Shown: positions 38,337-49,949 of the stretch, piece by piece | Layout: every line of letters starts with the position of its first letter | Position numbering within the stretch: the stretch's first letter is position 1 | Assembly: GCA_965203905.1 (NCBI GenBank) | Contig: CBDBDQ010000005.1 | Span: forward strand, 4,640,001 to 4,704,000 | From: Spirochaetia bacterium | GTDB lineage: Bacteria; Spirochaetota; Spirochaetia; SZUA-6; Bin103 | Length of the DNA stretch: 64,000 nt | Direction: 5' to 3' | The notes under the pieces: model-generated | Databases searched by the model: none | The model's input: only the letters and a program-made list of their open reading frames with translations | What the model was told of the DNA's origin: nothing | Translations under genes and position numbers: made by a program

Positions 38337-39164
38337 TCAGCGGGCCGTGCGGCGTACGGCGGGGAGCACCAGCAGTTCGGGGAGAGAGCCGATCACGTGA
38401 TCGGGCGGCACGCCCGCGGCGGCGGCCGGCGGAGTGCCGGGGACCTCCTCGTGGGAGAACCACACCGCCCGCATACCCGCCGCGCGCGCCCCGGCGACGT
38501 CGTGCTGGAGGCTGTTGCCCACCATCAGGCAGGCACGGGCCGGCGTCCGGAACAGCCGCGCCGCGTGCAGGCAAATGCGTGGATCGGGCTTGCCGTAGCC
38601 GAGCGTCCCGGAGACCACCACGTGCTCGACCGCGGCCTCGACCCGGAGCGCGGCGAGCTTGCGATGCTGCAACTCGGGAACGCCGTTGGTGACGATGCCG
38701 ACGCGCATCCTTCGGGCCAGCTCCAGCACCACCTGGCGCGCATCCGGCACCAGTTGGAAGCGCCGGTCGGCGGCGGCGCGCAGCTCCGCCACCAGCGCCG
38801 CGGCGAGGTCGGCATCGGGTATCCCCAGCTCGTCGAGGGCGTCCGACCAGGCACCAAGCTGGTACTGGTCGCGCACCGCGCGCAGGGCGGCGAACCGCGG
38901 GTGGCTGCCGTCGAAGGTCGCCCACATCCCTTCCCAGGAACTGATTCCCACCGCCAGGGCGAACGGATGCACCGGCAGCGCCCGCCAGCGGCGGCGCGCG
39001 CAGTGGCGCAGTGCGGTCGCCAGCTCGGTGGCCGGCACGCCGTGGCGGCGCTCGGCCAGCCGCGCCGCGGCGACCAATATCCCGGGCACCGTGCGCTGCT
39101 CGTACAGCAGCGTGTCGTCCAGGTCCAGCAGCACCACCGCCGCGCCCGCGGCACCAGCGGCCAC
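38337..39164 (-). CDS. HAD-family hydrolase
   Basis: LDLDDTL, VTNG, KPDP, MVGNSLQHDVAGA. Confidence 0.9.
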   Translation of the reverse strand: MAAGAAGAAVVLLDLDDTLLYEQRTVPGILVAAARLAERRHGVPATELATALRHCARRRWRALPVHPFALAVGISSWEGMWATFDGSHPRFAALRAVRDQYQLGAWSDALDELGIPDADLAAALVAELRAAADRRFQLVPDARQVVLELARRMRVGIVTNGVPELQHRKLAALRVEAAVEHVVVSGTLGYGKPDPRICLHAARLFRTPARACLMVGNSLQHDVAGARAAGMRAVWFSHEEVPGTPPAAAAGVPPDHVIGSLPELLVLPAVRRTAR

Positions 39165-40633
39165 TACGACGGAACCCGCGCAGCGGGAGACTTCCACCAC
39201 CCGGCGGCTGCCGTCGTGCTGGTGACGAACCAGTGCTGCAGGCGATCGAGCAGCGTAGCGCGAACGTCGCGGTGGCCGGGACTGTCCCACAGGTCCTGCA
39301 GCTCGTCCGGATCGTGCTGCAGGTCGAACAGCTGCCCCTCTCCGGTGCCCAGATACTGCACCAGCTTGTGGCGCCGGTCGCGGATCATCAGCAGGTGGTC
39401 GACGCCGCGCAGCATCACGTCGGGCCCGTGCTCGGAGTACACGTAGCGGCGCGTTGGCGCGTCCGCCGCGCCCTCCAGGTGCGGCAGCAGCGACTGCGCT
39501 TCCATCCGCGGTGGCGGCTGCAGCCCGGCCAGCTCCAGCACCGTGGGGCCGATGTCGAACCACTGGGTGAGGGCGTCCACGCGCCGGCCGCCGGTGAATC
39601 GTCCCGGTGCGCTCACCACCAGCGGCACCCGCACGCTGGAGGCGTACATGTTCCACTTCTCCACCAGGCCGTGGTCGCCGAGGCAGTCGCCGTGATCGGA
39701 GGTGAAGATCACCACCGCATCGTCCAGGAAGCCGCGCTCCCGCAGCCGCGCCAGGATCCGACCCACCTGCTCGTCGATCATGGTGACGTTGGCCAGGTAG
39801 TAGGCGCGCTGGAGTTGGCGCTGCTCGACCGGGGCCAGAGGGTCGAACGCGATGGAGTCGGCGAAGCGCTCCGCCAGCCGCGCCCGCAGCGCGTCCAGGG
39901 TGGACGGCTGCGCCGCGATCTCGTCCGCGGTGGCCTCCAGCAGGGGCAGTTCCCGTTCGCGGTAGGGGAGGGTGTAGGCTTCGATCGGGTCGTAGGGCGG
40001 GTGCGGCCCCGGAAAGCCGATCTCCAGGAACAGCGGCTCGTCCGCCACCACGGGCGCGTTGTCGATCCAGCGCAGCGCCAGCTCGCCGGTGAACACGTCC
40101 GGGTGCAGCGCTTCCGGCAGGCGCCATTCGTACGCCCCCTGGCGCTGCGCCACGTCGGGCCAGTCGCGGTAGAACGGCTTCTCGGGGCGGCTCAGGCCGT
40201 GCGCCGCCAGCGCCTTGTCCCACTCGTCGTCGAACACGTGCGGGTTGCCGCTCCACAGCGGCTCCGACTGCCGGCGCTGCTTGTTCTCCACCACGAAGCG
40301 CTCATGGAAGCCGTGCATGGCGCTGTAGGGGTCCGCGTGCATCTTGCCCACGTTCACGCAGTAGTAGCCGGCGGCACGCAGATCCTCCACCCAGGTGCGC
40401 GGCCAGGGGTCGTTGTTGCGCATGGCGCCGGCGTTGTGGGGGTAGTATCCGGTGAACAGGCTGGCACGCGACGGCCCGCACGACGGCGCCGTCACGTGGC
40501 ACTGGGTAAAGGACACGCCGTCACGCACCAGGGCGTCCAGGTGCGGCGTGTCGACGTGGGGGAAGCCGAGCTCGGCCACCGTGTCGTAGCGCTGCTGGTC
40601 GGTGATGATGAGGATGATGTTGGGGCGGCTCAT
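39164..40633 (-). CDS. Sulfatase (formylglycine-dependent)
   Basis: PNIILIITDQQR, CGPSRASL, GKMH, PHPPY, TSDHGD. Confidence 0.93.
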   Translation of the reverse strand: MSRPNIILIITDQQRYDTVAELGFPHVDTPHLDALVRDGVSFTQCHVTAPSCGPSRASLFTGYYPHNAGAMRNNDPWPRTWVEDLRAAGYYCVNVGKMHADPYSAMHGFHERFVVENKQRRQSEPLWSGNPHVFDDEWDKALAAHGLSRPEKPFYRDWPDVAQRQGAYEWRLPEALHPDVFTGELALRWIDNAPVVADEPLFLEIGFPGPHPPYDPIEAYTLPYRERELPLLEATADEIAAQPSTLDALRARLAERFADSIAFDPLAPVEQRQLQRAYYLANVTMIDEQVGRILARLRERGFLDDAVVIFTSDHGDCLGDHGLVEKWNMYASSVRVPLVVSAPGRFTGGRRVDALTQWFDIGPTVLELAGLQPPPRMEAQSLLPHLEGAADAPTRRYVYSEHGPDVMLRGVDHLLMIRDRRHKLVQYLGTGEGQLFDLQHDPDELQDLWDSPGHRDVRATLLDRLQHWFVTSTTAAAGWWKSPAARVPS

Positions 40634-40704
40634 GCGGCGCAGCGTAGCAGCGCGCGCCGACCGCGGTCGAGCGCGCTGCACCGACGCCTTGCCCGTCCGA
40701 CGGC

Positions 40705-41852
40705 CTAACCGGTTCCCAGCAACTTGCGAGCAGTCCCCAGCCGCTGATTCCCGCGAAGATCACCAGGATCGCCGCGGAGACGACTGCTCCGAGCAACATC
40801 GGAAGTCGCGTACGATAGGCGGCCGGAAGCTCGAAGTTGAGGTAGAGCGCGCCCAGCATGATCAGCGCGATCGACAGGTTGGCCAGCACGAACCCCGCGA
40901 TCTGGGTGAGGATGTCGAACGGAACATTCAGCCAGATGATGACGAAGGTGGTGACCAGGATGCAGCCGCTCACATAGCGGCGAATCGTGGCGTAGTTCCA
41001 CTTGCGGTGCGGCCAGATCGCCTGAAACAACTCCTGCGACACGCGGGCGTAGATCTCTGGAAACGCCTGCAGCGTGCCCCACAGCGCGGCGATGATGGCG
41101 ATGTAGCAGACCCAGATCAGCGAGCCGTGGATGTTGCTCCAGACGTGCCGCTGCTCGGTGAGCAGGCTCCAGCCCTTGAACTCGCTTTGCAGCGGGTACA
41201 GCACCGCGGCGCCGGAGATCATGAACGCCGCGGTGACGATGAACAGCACGATCGCCCCCATGGCGACGTCCCAGCGCAGCGGCGCAACGCTCTTGCGCAG
41301 TAGCGCTACATGCTGCGGATCGTCGGGCAGGTAACGAGAGCCGCAGGCCGAAGGCCAGAGCGAAGGTGATGAACAGGCAGGTGATGAGGTTCTCGTAGAT
41401 CGGTTCCGGGACTGCCGCCGGCAGCACGCCGCTGAGCAGGAAGTGGAACAGGTCCCCGCACGGCTTCGCGATCGGCACCCAGGCCAGCGGCGCGCCGATC
41501 ATCTCCAGCGCCACAATCGCCAGCAGCAGCCAGCCACGCGGTCCCGGCAGCCGCACCAGGCGATGGCCTCGCTGCTGACCGCGGTGTAGCGCCCGAGCAG
41601 GTAGGTGACGAACACCCCCTTCACGACGCAACTCAACAGCACCAGCCGCAGCAGCCCGTAACGCGCCCACGCGCCGGCGCGCACCACCACGATCGTCTCT
41701 CCGGCGCCGATGCTGACCGAGGCCACGATCGCGGCCGGACCGAACACCGCGAGCAGGCCGATCACTTTCTTCGCCGACCACGGCTCTGCAAACACGCCGC
41801 CGGGCGGGGGCACTCTCAACTTGGCGATGTCCATGCCGTCACTAGGGGTCAC
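40705..41852 (-). pseudogene. NRAMP/MntH-like transporter, frameshifted and internally deleted
   Basis: FGPAAIVASVSIGAGE start; TM fragments spread over different frames. Confidence 0.75.
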
Positions 41853-42211
41853 AGCGGAAGCGGACGTACTCTCACTCTGTCGTCCTCCACCGTCGCTATT
41901 ACTCCTCTGACAACTGCGTCCTCCAGAGTAGGGAGCACCTGTCTGAGTCGGAGATTCACGTTGTCCACGAGGGGGCGCGACAGCCGGAGCGATACGAGAG
42001 ACGGTTTCGTTGTGCGAGTCAGAGCCAGAATACCGGAGAAGCCGAGGTCCTGAGTCAGAATTACCCGGTCGAGTTCAGTTGCCATACGGATGATGTCGCG
42101 ATCCGGGGAATCTGCCGGCAGGACGGAATGAATAGGGATTACATCGTGCCCGGCCAAGTTGAGGAACTGCACCGTACGAGGAGAAATATGAACGTCGGCG
42201 ATCAGCCTCAT
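41849..42211 (-). CDS. DUF5615 PIN-like toxin
   Basis: LIADVHISP, D.DI, RVILTQDLGF, RVRPLP. Confidence 0.85.
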   Translation of the reverse strand: MRLIADVHISPRTVQFLNLAGHDVIPIHSVLPADSPDRDIIRMATELDRVILTQDLGFSGILALTRTTKPSLVSLRLSRPLVDNVNLRLRQVLPTLEDAVVRGVIATVEDDRVRVRPLPL

Positions 42212-42429
42212 CCAACTGATACGGTGTTATCGCTTGCCAGCCATGCGCCAAACGATGCGCATTCGTAGACGTCGGCAAGCTCCAACACCGGGTACTCGCG
42301 GACTACGTCCTCCGCCGTGTACCCGGCTCCCAGAAGCTTGAGCACGAACTCGACGGTCATGCGAGTGTCCTTTACCGTTGCCTTGCCCTCGCAGATGTTG
42401 GGATCGATGGAAATCCGTTGGAACTCCAT
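42208..42429 (-). CDS. DUF433 antitoxin
   Basis: RISIDPNICEGKATVKDTRMTV...YPVLELADV. Confidence 0.88.
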   Translation of the reverse strand: MEFQRISIDPNICEGKATVKDTRMTVEFVLKLLGAGYTAEDVVREYPVLELADVYECASFGAWLASDNTVSVG

Positions 42430-42608
42430 GGATTTCAGAATACGCCATTTTTGCGCGAGCGCCATCCGGCGCGGGTCTTTGCCGAAGTGCGATATACCGG
42501 GGATGATGACGGCATGATGGCCCGCGGCAGCCCTGAACGCGACGTGGAGGGCGGTTTCAATGCCCGCGGTCGCGTCGTGCGCGCCCGGCACAGGAATTGA
42601 TAGGCGCC

Positions 42609-44246
42609 ATGCGGTCGGGTGAGCGGCGGCCGTCATATGGGCTCGGTGAGCTGAAGGGGGACGTGTTCGGCGGCATCGTGTCCGCGGTGATGATGGTGCC
42701 GGTGGCGCTCGGGTTCGGGATATTGTCCGGGCTCGGTCCGGTGGCGGCATTCTACGGCGCGATCGCGGTTGGTTTCTTGACCGCGGTGCTCGGCGGCGCC
42801 GCCCCCATGATCTCCGGTCCCAGCGCGATCGTGACCATCTTCACGGCGGTCATCATCGGCAGCTACGCCGACAGCATGGCCGAGGCGTTCACCATCGTCA
42901 TGCTGGCCGGGCTGATGCAGATCCTGTTCGGCGCGCTGCGACTCGGCCGGTTCATCAACTGGCTGCCGTTCTCGGTGGTGCGCGGGGTCTTCGTCGGCGT
43001 CGGCGGCTACATCTTCATGACCCAGACGCTCTGGTTCCTCGGCGCTCCGGTGGAGCCCGGGATCGGGGTGGTGGCCATCATCGCCTCGTGGCCGCGGGCG
43101 GTGGCCAACCTCAACCTGGATGCGTTCGCGGTGGCCACCATCTCGCTGCTCGTGTTCATGCTGTGGCCGGCCCGGCTGCACCGGGTGGTGCCCAACGCGC
43201 TGGTGGCGCTGATCGTCAGCACCGTCGCCGGAGCGCTGTGGTTCGATTCGGCGGTCCGGATCGGCGCGCCGCGGATCGGCTTTCCGGCCATCCAGATGCC
43301 GATTCTCACCACCTCCGTGCTGGTGGATGCAATCCAGCCCGCCCTGATCCTGGCGTTCCTCAGCTCCATCTACAACCTGCTGACGGCGCTGATCATCGAC
43401 CCCATCGCGGGGCGCAACCACAAGCCCAACCGCGAGCTGTTCGGGCTGGGGGTGGGCAACATCGCCGCCGGCCTCATCGGTGCGCTGCCGGGCGCGGCGT
43501 CGGCGCCGTGCTCGCTGCTGGCGGCCAGGTCGGGCGGGCGCACGCCGGTCACGGGCGTGGTCTGCGCCGCGGTGCTGCTGGGCGTGCTGTTCGGACTGGG
43601 GAGCGCCCTGGCGTGGATTCCCAACGCCGCCTTCGCCGGAATCCTGATCAAGGTCGGCTGGGACATGATGGACGTGCGCTTCCTGCGCCGTATCCCGAAG
43701 CTGGCGCCCGACATCGGCCTGGTGACGTTGCTGACGGCGGCTCTGTCCACGTTCGTGGACGTGATCTCGGCCATCGCGGTGGGGTTCTTCATCTCGGGCA
43801 TGGCCTACGCGATGCGGTCCCAGCGCCAGGAGATCAATCAGACGATCTCGACGCCGCTGCTGGACATGGTCCTGTTCGGTGACCTGCCGGCCGATGCCGA
43901 TCCGTACCGCGCGCGGGTGGGATTGCTGTCGCTGCGCGGCCGCTACTCGATCGCGTCCGCACGCGAGATCGTGCGCGTCATCAGCCCGGACCTGGCCGAA
44001 CACGAGGTGGTGATATTCGACTTCACCGAGACCGAGGCGATGGACGACAACGCGGCGCTGGCGATGGAGGAACTGATCAACGGCAGTGTTCTCGGCCAGG
44101 ACAAGGGTTGCATCGTGGCGGGCCTGTCCGCCGATCTGCAAAAGACGCTCACGGCCCTGGGTGTTTTCGACCGTCTCCCGGAAGAGTCGTTCGCGGTGGA
44201 CCTGGACGAGGCGAAACGGGCCGTGGCGCAAATGCTGCGCACGTGA
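42609..44246 (+). CDS. SulP family anion transporter with STAS domain
   Basis: GDVFGG, PVALGFG, ISGPS, NRELFGLGVGN, C-terminal STAS. Confidence 0.92.
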   Translation: MRSGERRPSYGLGELKGDVFGGIVSAVMMVPVALGFGILSGLGPVAAFYGAIAVGFLTAVLGGAAPMISGPSAIVTIFTAVIIGSYADSMAEAFTIVMLAGLMQILFGALRLGRFINWLPFSVVRGVFVGVGGYIFMTQTLWFLGAPVEPGIGVVAIIASWPRAVANLNLDAFAVATISLLVFMLWPARLHRVVPNALVALIVSTVAGALWFDSAVRIGAPRIGFPAIQMPILTTSVLVDAIQPALILAFLSSIYNLLTALIIDPIAGRNHKPNRELFGLGVGNIAAGLIGALPGAASAPCSLLAARSGGRTPVTGVVCAAVLLGVLFGLGSALAWIPNAAFAGILIKVGWDMMDVRFLRRIPKLAPDIGLVTLLTAALSTFVDVISAIAVGFFISGMAYAMRSQRQEINQTISTPLLDMVLFGDLPADADPYRARVGLLSLRGRYSIASAREIVRVISPDLAEHEVVIFDFTETEAMDDNAALAMEELINGSVLGQDKGCIVAGLSADLQKTLTALGVFDRLPEESFAVDLDEAKRAVAQMLRT

Positions 44247-44313
44247 GGTGCGGTCGAGCGGGCTGACCGGACGCTGGCGGCCGCGGCGCGTGGCGTGGCG
44301 AGGCTGTGCCCGC

Positions 44314-46269
44314 TCAGTCGGATTCCGGCGCTTTCGTGAGACGGCGTTCGTTGCCTACCCGGAGCGTTACGCCCTCGCGGTCGAGCTGCTCCAGGAGCGG
44401 CACGATGACACGCCGGTTGGTGCCGACCGCCGTGCGCAGGGCGCTGGTGGTGCCGCTGCGGTGGCGGCGCAGGAAGGCGATTACCGCGCCGCACGCCTGG
44501 CGGTAGACGGCCGCTGCGAGCACGACTTCGCTGCTGAGGGCCACCACCTCGCCGGCCCCGATCAAGTATTCGAGCACCGTGCGGCCCTCGCGGCTGGCGC
44601 TGAGCTGGCCGCGTCCGGGGGGCGCCAGCGGGTTGGCCGCGAGGGCGGTGCGCATGGCCGCCGCCGCACGCTCAAGTCCGGCCGGCAGGGCGGCGGCGTG
44701 GCCTGGTGGGCTCACTTCGGTGCCGGCGCGTCGATAACCGCGCCGCTGCAACTCGGCGAGCACCGCGTCCAGTACCCCTGCCGGAACTCCGGCTCGGCGG
44801 CCGGCGAGTCCGGCGCGGACGCTGGCGACCGGAACCCCGGTGCGCTCGGGATGGCGCTGCAGCGCGGCGGAGATTGCCTTGGCCGCCGCGTCCACGCGGC
44901 CGGCGAACCACGCGGCATCGGCCGCGAAGGCGCCGAACAGCCGCAGGGCGCCTGCCTCGGCCAGGGCATCGGCGGCGCGTTTCACCTCTCCGTCGCCGGC
45001 CGGCAGCAGGCGTGCCAGGGCGTTGAGATCGACTGCGCCGTCGGCGGCCGTCCGCGACCGGACTATGGTTGCGAGGTGCTCGGGCGCGGCTGCGGCGGCG
45101 TGCAGCAGGGTGTGCTGGACCGGGTCCCGCAGCGGGCGCCGGGGCAGCGGATCGAGAATCACGCCGCCGGCCAGCGTGTGCCGCTGCGACCAGTCGCGCA
45201 GCACCAGGCGGTCGCCGATCAGGAACGGGCGCGGCTCGTCGAGCTGGATGCGCGCCAGGGCCGCGGCCCCCGGCGGCAGGCCGGCCTTGGCGCAGGCCGG
45301 CTCCAGGCGCACGGTCGCGGCGACGTTGGCGGTGCCGTGGTGCAGGCGTACGCGGGCGCCGTCGCGGAGCAGGGGAGCGGCGCGGTCATCGGCGGTGCGG
45401 GCGCTGCGGGTGAGCCGCGCATCGAAGAGGGTGCCGGTGGTCACCGTCCGCGGGAGGGTCACCACGTCGCCACGGCGGAGCGGCCGTCCACCGCCGCGGG
45501 CGGAGCGGGACGAGGACAGGTTCAGCGCCACCCGCGTGGCGGGGCCGACGCGGTCGGCGGCACGGTTGAAGCTCTCCACCGCGCGGATGCGGGTGCGCTC
45601 GCCGCCGGGCCACACCTCCACCTCCTGGCCACGCTGCAGTGCGCCGCCCGCGAGCGTGCCGGTGACCACGGTGCCGGCACCGGACATGGTGAAGGTGCGG
45701 TCGACGGCCAGGCGTGGGGTGCCGGCAGCCACGGCGGGCGCCAGCGGCACCAGCAGGTCTGTCATGCTGCCCCGCAGCTCATCCAGTCCGATGTTGCGCA
45801 GCGGCGATACCGCTACGACGGGGCAGTCCGCGAACCCGGTTCCGGCAGTTCTCCGCCGCACCTCGTCGATGCGCGGACCGGGGTTGGGCACCAGGTCGCA
45901 CTTGGTCAGGGCGACGATCCTGGCGCGGGCGCCCAGGTACTCGACGATCTGCAGGTGCTCCTCGGTCTGCGGCATCCAGCCTTCGTTGGCCGCCACTACC
46001 AGGATGGCCAGGTCCACGGCGCCGACCCCGGCGACCATGTTCTTGACGAAGTCCTCGTGGCCGGGAACGTCGACGATGCCGACCTGCAGGGTAAGATCGC
46101 GCCCCGCCACCGGCAGGTCGACGTGGGCGAAGCCGAGTTCGATGGTGATGCCGCGGCGCTTCTCCTCGGGCAGGCGGTCGGGGTCGACGCCGGTCAGCGC
46201 CTGCACCAATGCGCTTTTGCCGTGATCGATGTGACCGGCCGTGGCGGCGATGTAGTGACGGATCTTCAT
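44314..46269 (-). CDS. selB: Selenocysteine-specific elongation factor
   Basis: [37 protein letters not shown]-terminal winged helices; ATGA overlap with selA. Confidence 0.95.
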   Translation of the reverse strand: MKIRHYIAATAGHIDHGKSALVQALTGVDPDRLPEEKRRGITIELGFAHVDLPVAGRDLTLQVGIVDVPGHEDFVKNMVAGVGAVDLAILVVAANEGWMPQTEEHLQIVEYLGARARIVALTKCDLVPNPGPRIDEVRRRTAGTGFADCPVVAVSPLRNIGLDELRGSMTDLLVPLAPAVAAGTPRLAVDRTFTMSGAGTVVTGTLAGGALQRGQEVEVWPGGERTRIRAVESFNRAADRVGPATRVALNLSSSRSARGGGRPLRRGDVVTLPRTVTTGTLFDARLTRSARTADDRAAPLLRDGARVRLHHGTANVAATVRLEPACAKAGLPPGAAALARIQLDEPRPFLIGDRLVLRDWSQRHTLAGGVILDPLPRRPLRDPVQHTLLHAAAAAPEHLATIVRSRTAADGAVDLNALARLLPAGDGEVKRAADALAEAGALRLFGAFAADAAWFAGRVDAAAKAISAALQRHPERTGVPVASVRAGLAGRRAGVPAGVLDAVLAELQRRGYRRAGTEVSPPGHAAALPAGLERAAAAMRTALAANPLAPPGRGQLSASREGRTVLEYLIGAGEVVALSSEVVLAAAVYRQACGAVIAFLRRHRSGTTSALRTAVGTNRRVIVPLLEQLDREGVTLRVGNERRLTKAPESD

Positions 46270-47708
46270 CGTGGGGCCGGCTCGCCGGCGCGACTCCGCA
46301 CCGCGGTCGCCGCCGCGGCGAGAGCGCGCGTGAGTGGCTCGTCCTGGGACGGCAGCACGGTGCGCAGATCGAGCACTACCCGGCCGCGCTGGATGTACCC
46401 TACCACCGGTGGGGTCGCGCGCCGCAGCGCTGCGGCCAGGGTTTCCGCGTCCTGCGCCGGCGCGGGCCGCAGCGCCAGGCCGGAGGAGGGCAGGGTGCCG
46501 GTCGGCAGGGTGCCGCCCCCGAGGCGGCTGACGCAGTCGACCGGCGCCGCCTCCAGTTGCTCCGGCAACCGCCGCAGGATGGCCGCCGCCCGGCGTTGCA
46601 GGTCCGCTGCCGGGATCCGGATCAGACCCTCCAGTGGCACCACCGGCGAGTTCCCCAGGTGTGCCTCCACGGTGTGCTGCAGAAGTGCCAGTCCCACCTT
46701 GTCCAGGCGCAGGGCGCGGAACAGCGGATGGCGCTTCAGGCGCGCCACCCACGCCGCGTCGCCCGCCACCACTCCGGCCTGCGGTCCGCCGAACAGCTTG
46801 TCGCCGCTGAAGCACACCAGCGTGGCGCCGCCGGCCAGCACCTCCTGCGGCAGCGGCTCCCGCGGCAGGCCGGTAGCGGCGTCGGTCGGCGTAACCGCGC
46901 CGCTGCCCAGGTCCACCACCAGCGGCACGCCGGCGCCGGCCGCGGCATCGCGCAGCTCGGCCAGCCGCGGCGCGGCCACGAAACCCTCCATCACGAAGTT
47001 GCTGCGATGCACCGACAGCAGCGCCGCGGTGCGGGAACCACAGGCGGCGGAGTAGTCCGCAACGGTGGTCTGGTTGGTGGTTCCGACCTCGCGCAGGCGG
47101 CCGCCCGCGGCGATGAGAATATCGGGAATGCGGAAGCCGCCTCCGATCTGGATCAGCTCGCCCCGTGAGACCACCACCTCGCGCCGCTCGGGATCATCGC
47201 TGACGGCGGCCACCACCAGCAGCAGCGCGGCCGCGCAGTTGTTGACCACGGTCGCGGCCGGCGCCCGGCACAGGGCCGCCAGCGCCTGTTCCACGTAGCG
47301 CCCGCGGCTGCCGCGCTCCCCGGTGGCGAGGTCCAGCTCCAGGTTCGTATAGGCTCCGGCCACCGGGACGAGGGTGTCGATCGCCGCTCCCAGCGGCGCC
47401 CGCCCCAGATTGGTATGCAGCAGCACGCCGGTGGCGTTGATCACCGGCCGCAGGCGCGCATCGGCCAGCCGCTCGGCGGCGCCGCGTACGCGGGCGACGA
47501 TCGCGGCGCGCTCCGGCACCGGGGCCGCGGTCCGCACCCCCTCCAGCTCGCGCCGCACCAGGTCGGCGCACAGCGGATGCGGCAGCCCCAGATCGGCCAG
47601 GCATTCGATCAACTCGTTGACCGGCGGAATCGCCGCGAGCGGGTTGCGTGACCTGGACGGAGCGCCCGGATCCGGCTGCGCCGGGCCGCCGTTGTTGCCG
47701 CTGCTCAT
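46266..47708 (-). CDS. selA: L-seryl-tRNA(Sec) selenium transferase
   Basis: VINATGVLLHTNLGRA, VNNCAAA, EVGTTN, FSGDKLFGGPQAG. Confidence 0.95.
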   Translation of the reverse strand: MSSGNNGGPAQPDPGAPSRSRNPLAAIPPVNELIECLADLGLPHPLCADLVRRELEGVRTAAPVPERAAIVARVRGAAERLADARLRPVINATGVLLHTNLGRAPLGAAIDTLVPVAGAYTNLELDLATGERGSRGRYVEQALAALCRAPAATVVNNCAAALLLVVAAVSDDPERREVVVSRGELIQIGGGFRIPDILIAAGGRLREVGTTNQTTVADYSAACGSRTAALLSVHRSNFVMEGFVAAPRLAELRDAAAGAGVPLVVDLGSGAVTPTDAATGLPREPLPQEVLAGGATLVCFSGDKLFGGPQAGVVAGDAAWVARLKRHPLFRALRLDKVGLALLQHTVEAHLGNSPVVPLEGLIRIPAADLQRRAAAILRRLPEQLEAAPVDCVSRLGGGTLPTGTLPSSGLALRPAPAQDAETLAAALRRATPPVVGYIQRGRVVLDLRTVLPSQDEPLTRALAAAATAVRSRAGEPAPR

Positions 47709-47771
47709 CGCGCTGCCGAGGCTATCACAAACACGGCCGAACGATTGAATCTGCCGGTAGCGCCCGGCGCG

Positions 47772-48824
47772 TCATGGCGCCGGCCGCACCACCAGGGATT
47801 TGCCGCCGGGCCGGGTAATCCGCCCCACGACCGCCTCCAAGGCTCCGTGAGTCGAGAGTACGGCGCGCGCCCGGCCCAGCAGGTCCTCGCCGACACACAA
47901 CAGGAGCCCGCCACTGGTCTGGGCGTCGGCGAGCAGCGTACGGGTATCCTCGGGACATGCGCCCCAGTCCACCGTCGCCGCCGCCGCGGCCAGATTGTCG
48001 GCGCTTCCTCCGGGAACGCATCCGTCGGCGATCAGATCCGGGACCACGGGGTCGATCACGGGAACCCGGTCGTACCACAACTCCGCACCGCAGCCGCTCG
48101 CCGCGCAAAGGTCGGCGAGGTGGCCGGTGAGCCCGAACCCGGTGACGTCGGTGGCAGCGACGACTCCCGCCGCCGCCAGGTCGGCCCCCGCGCTGTTGAG
48201 CAGCGTCATGCTGCGTACCGCCCGCTCCACCACCTCCGGTGCCACGTGACCGCGCTTCAGGGCCGTGGTCACGATCCCCGTGCCCAGCGGCTTGGTAAGC
48301 ACGAGGTAGTCCCCCGGCCGGGCCGCGGCCTTGGTCAGCAACCGATCCGGGTGCACTACACCCGTGACGGCAAGCCCGTACACCGGCTCCGGGTTGCGCA
48401 CCGTGTGCCCGCCGACGGTTGCGCAGCCCGCCTCCTGTACGGCATCGCCGCCCCCCCGCAGGATCTCCACCACCACCTCCTCCGGCACCTTGTCCGGCGG
48501 GTAGCCCAGGATGTTGAGTGCCGTGACCGGCCGCCCTCCCATGGCATACACGTCCGAGAGGGCGTTGGCGCTGGCGATGCGGCCGTAGGTGTAGCCGTCG
48601 TCGACGATGGGCGTGAAGAAGTCCACCGTCTGCACCAGGGCACGCTCGGCGTCGAGCCGGTAGACCCCGGCATCGTCGCCGGCCGCGGAACCCACCAGCA
48701 CCGCAGGATGGTCGAACGTCGGAAGCTGGCCCAGGACCTGGACCAGTGCCTGCTGGCTCAGCTTGGCAGCTCACCCGGCACAGGAGGACAGCGCGGTAAG
48801 TTGAAAGATCTCCTCGCGAGTCAC
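47772..48824 (-). CDS. selD: Selenophosphate synthetase, Sec-containing (U18)
   Basis: GTG start with GGGGTGA RBS; LTALSSCAG-TGA-AAKL in frame with DDAGVY, TVDFFTP, DVTGFGL, DAQTSGGLL. Confidence 0.95.
48726..48746 (-). promoter_or_regulatory. SECIS-like hairpin of selD
   Basis: CUGGUCCAG-GUC-CUGGGCCAG beginning 24 nt after UGA. Confidence 0.65.
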
Positions 48825-49209
48825 TCGATATCACCCCCCCTGGCCACGAAATTCACGGAACTGGTGCCCCGCTTGTCAGCCGTCACTCAGGGCGCGTTAC
48901 GGTACCACAGAACGGCGAAGCTGCCCGGTGTCGCGACATCACCGCGCGCGTCTCCGGTACCATGCGCCTCATGCGTTACCCGCGCTCGCATCTCGCTCCA
49001 GTAACGCTGCTGATAGGCGTGTTCCTCGGCGGCTGCTCGGGCAATCCTCCGGAGCCGGCGGATGCGCTGACGTTCACCTTCGACTTCAATCGTGGAGCAC
49101 AGCGATTCGCCGCAGCTCTGCATCGGACTGGCGATTGATGGTATCGTATCCGAGGGTGAGTGATCGCCTACTATACGGTCCCATCCGGGGACACGCTGGA
49201 GGTAGCAGC

Positions 49210-49500
49210 ATGAGTGAGACGGCGTTGGTCAGGCTTGTTGTGCGTGGCGAGGAGTCGAAGCACTGGGGCGACCCGAACGGGTGGGATGCCGCGACAGTGG
49301 TCGACAATTTACGGCGCGAGGGCTTTGTGGAGCGAACGGGCCAACCCGAAGCGTTGGTTGCGGTGACCGAGCTTCATGCGAACGGCTACGGTGCACCGTT
49401 GGCCGAGGGTAAACCGGAGCCTGCCTGGTGGTACGTGGGGGAAGGAGGCTGGGATGAAACCGTGACAGCGCTGGAGAAGGCGTTGACCCCGGAGGGATGA
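49210..49500 (+). CDS. Hypothetical protein
   Basis: GGAGG RBS; 96 aa; no recognised motif. Confidence 0.55.
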   Translation: MSETALVRLVVRGEESKHWGDPNGWDAATVVDNLRREGFVERTGQPEALVAVTELHANGYGAPLAEGKPEPAWWYVGEGGWDETVTALEKALTPEG

Positions 49501-49503
49501 TTG

Positions 49504-49725
49504 ATGGTGGTCGTGTTCACGCTGTTCTGCTGCTTGGTGGTCGGCGCGGTGCTGGCGTTTTTTATGGGCATGGGGTACATGGAGAGCGTTACCGTGGCGG
49601 TGGTCGTGTTCGGGGTGCTGATCGTGGGGTTGTTGGCGGTGGTGATCCAGTTCCTGCACGGTCTATTGGAGACCCTGCGCGTGCCAAAGGTAATACTTGA
49701 GAAGCGGGACGGGGGCGATGGTTGA
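49504..49725 (+). CDS. Small two-TM membrane protein
   Basis: Two hydrophobic helices; adjacent to upstream stop. Confidence 0.55.
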   Translation: MVVVFTLFCCLVVGAVLAFFMGMGYMESVTVAVVVFGVLIVGLLAVVIQFLHGLLETLRVPKVILEKRDGGDG

Positions 49726-49736
49726 CGAGGTGTAGG

Positions 49737-49949
49737 ATGGGGCGATATGAGAGCGTTTCGCGTTATAGCAGAGCTGGGAAGATCAGGTCCGCTCATCGTA
49801 GCACAGGAATTGTGTTCTCAGACGATGGCCGCTGCATCCTCTTTCGCGACGAGATAGAGGAGGTTTTCGCGGTGGTGTCGCTGGCCAATGTCGTGACGGT
49901 GTACAAGGTGGACGATGATACTGAGTACGACCAAACAGGTGTTTACTGA
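49737..49949 (+). CDS. Hypothetical protein
   Basis: GAGG RBS; 70 aa. Confidence 0.45.
   Translation: MGRYESVSRYSRAGKIRSAHRSTGIVFSDDGRCILFRDEIEEVFAVVSLANVVTVYKVDDDTEYDQTGVY

Noticed and set aside
42609-44246. SulP as a dedicated selenium importer
   Set aside because: Convergent with selB, not in the operon; nothing in the sequence indicates substrate.
44086-47055. Long antisense ORFs (989 aa here and many similar)
   Set aside because: Shadows of real genes in high-GC DNA; no motifs and biased composition.
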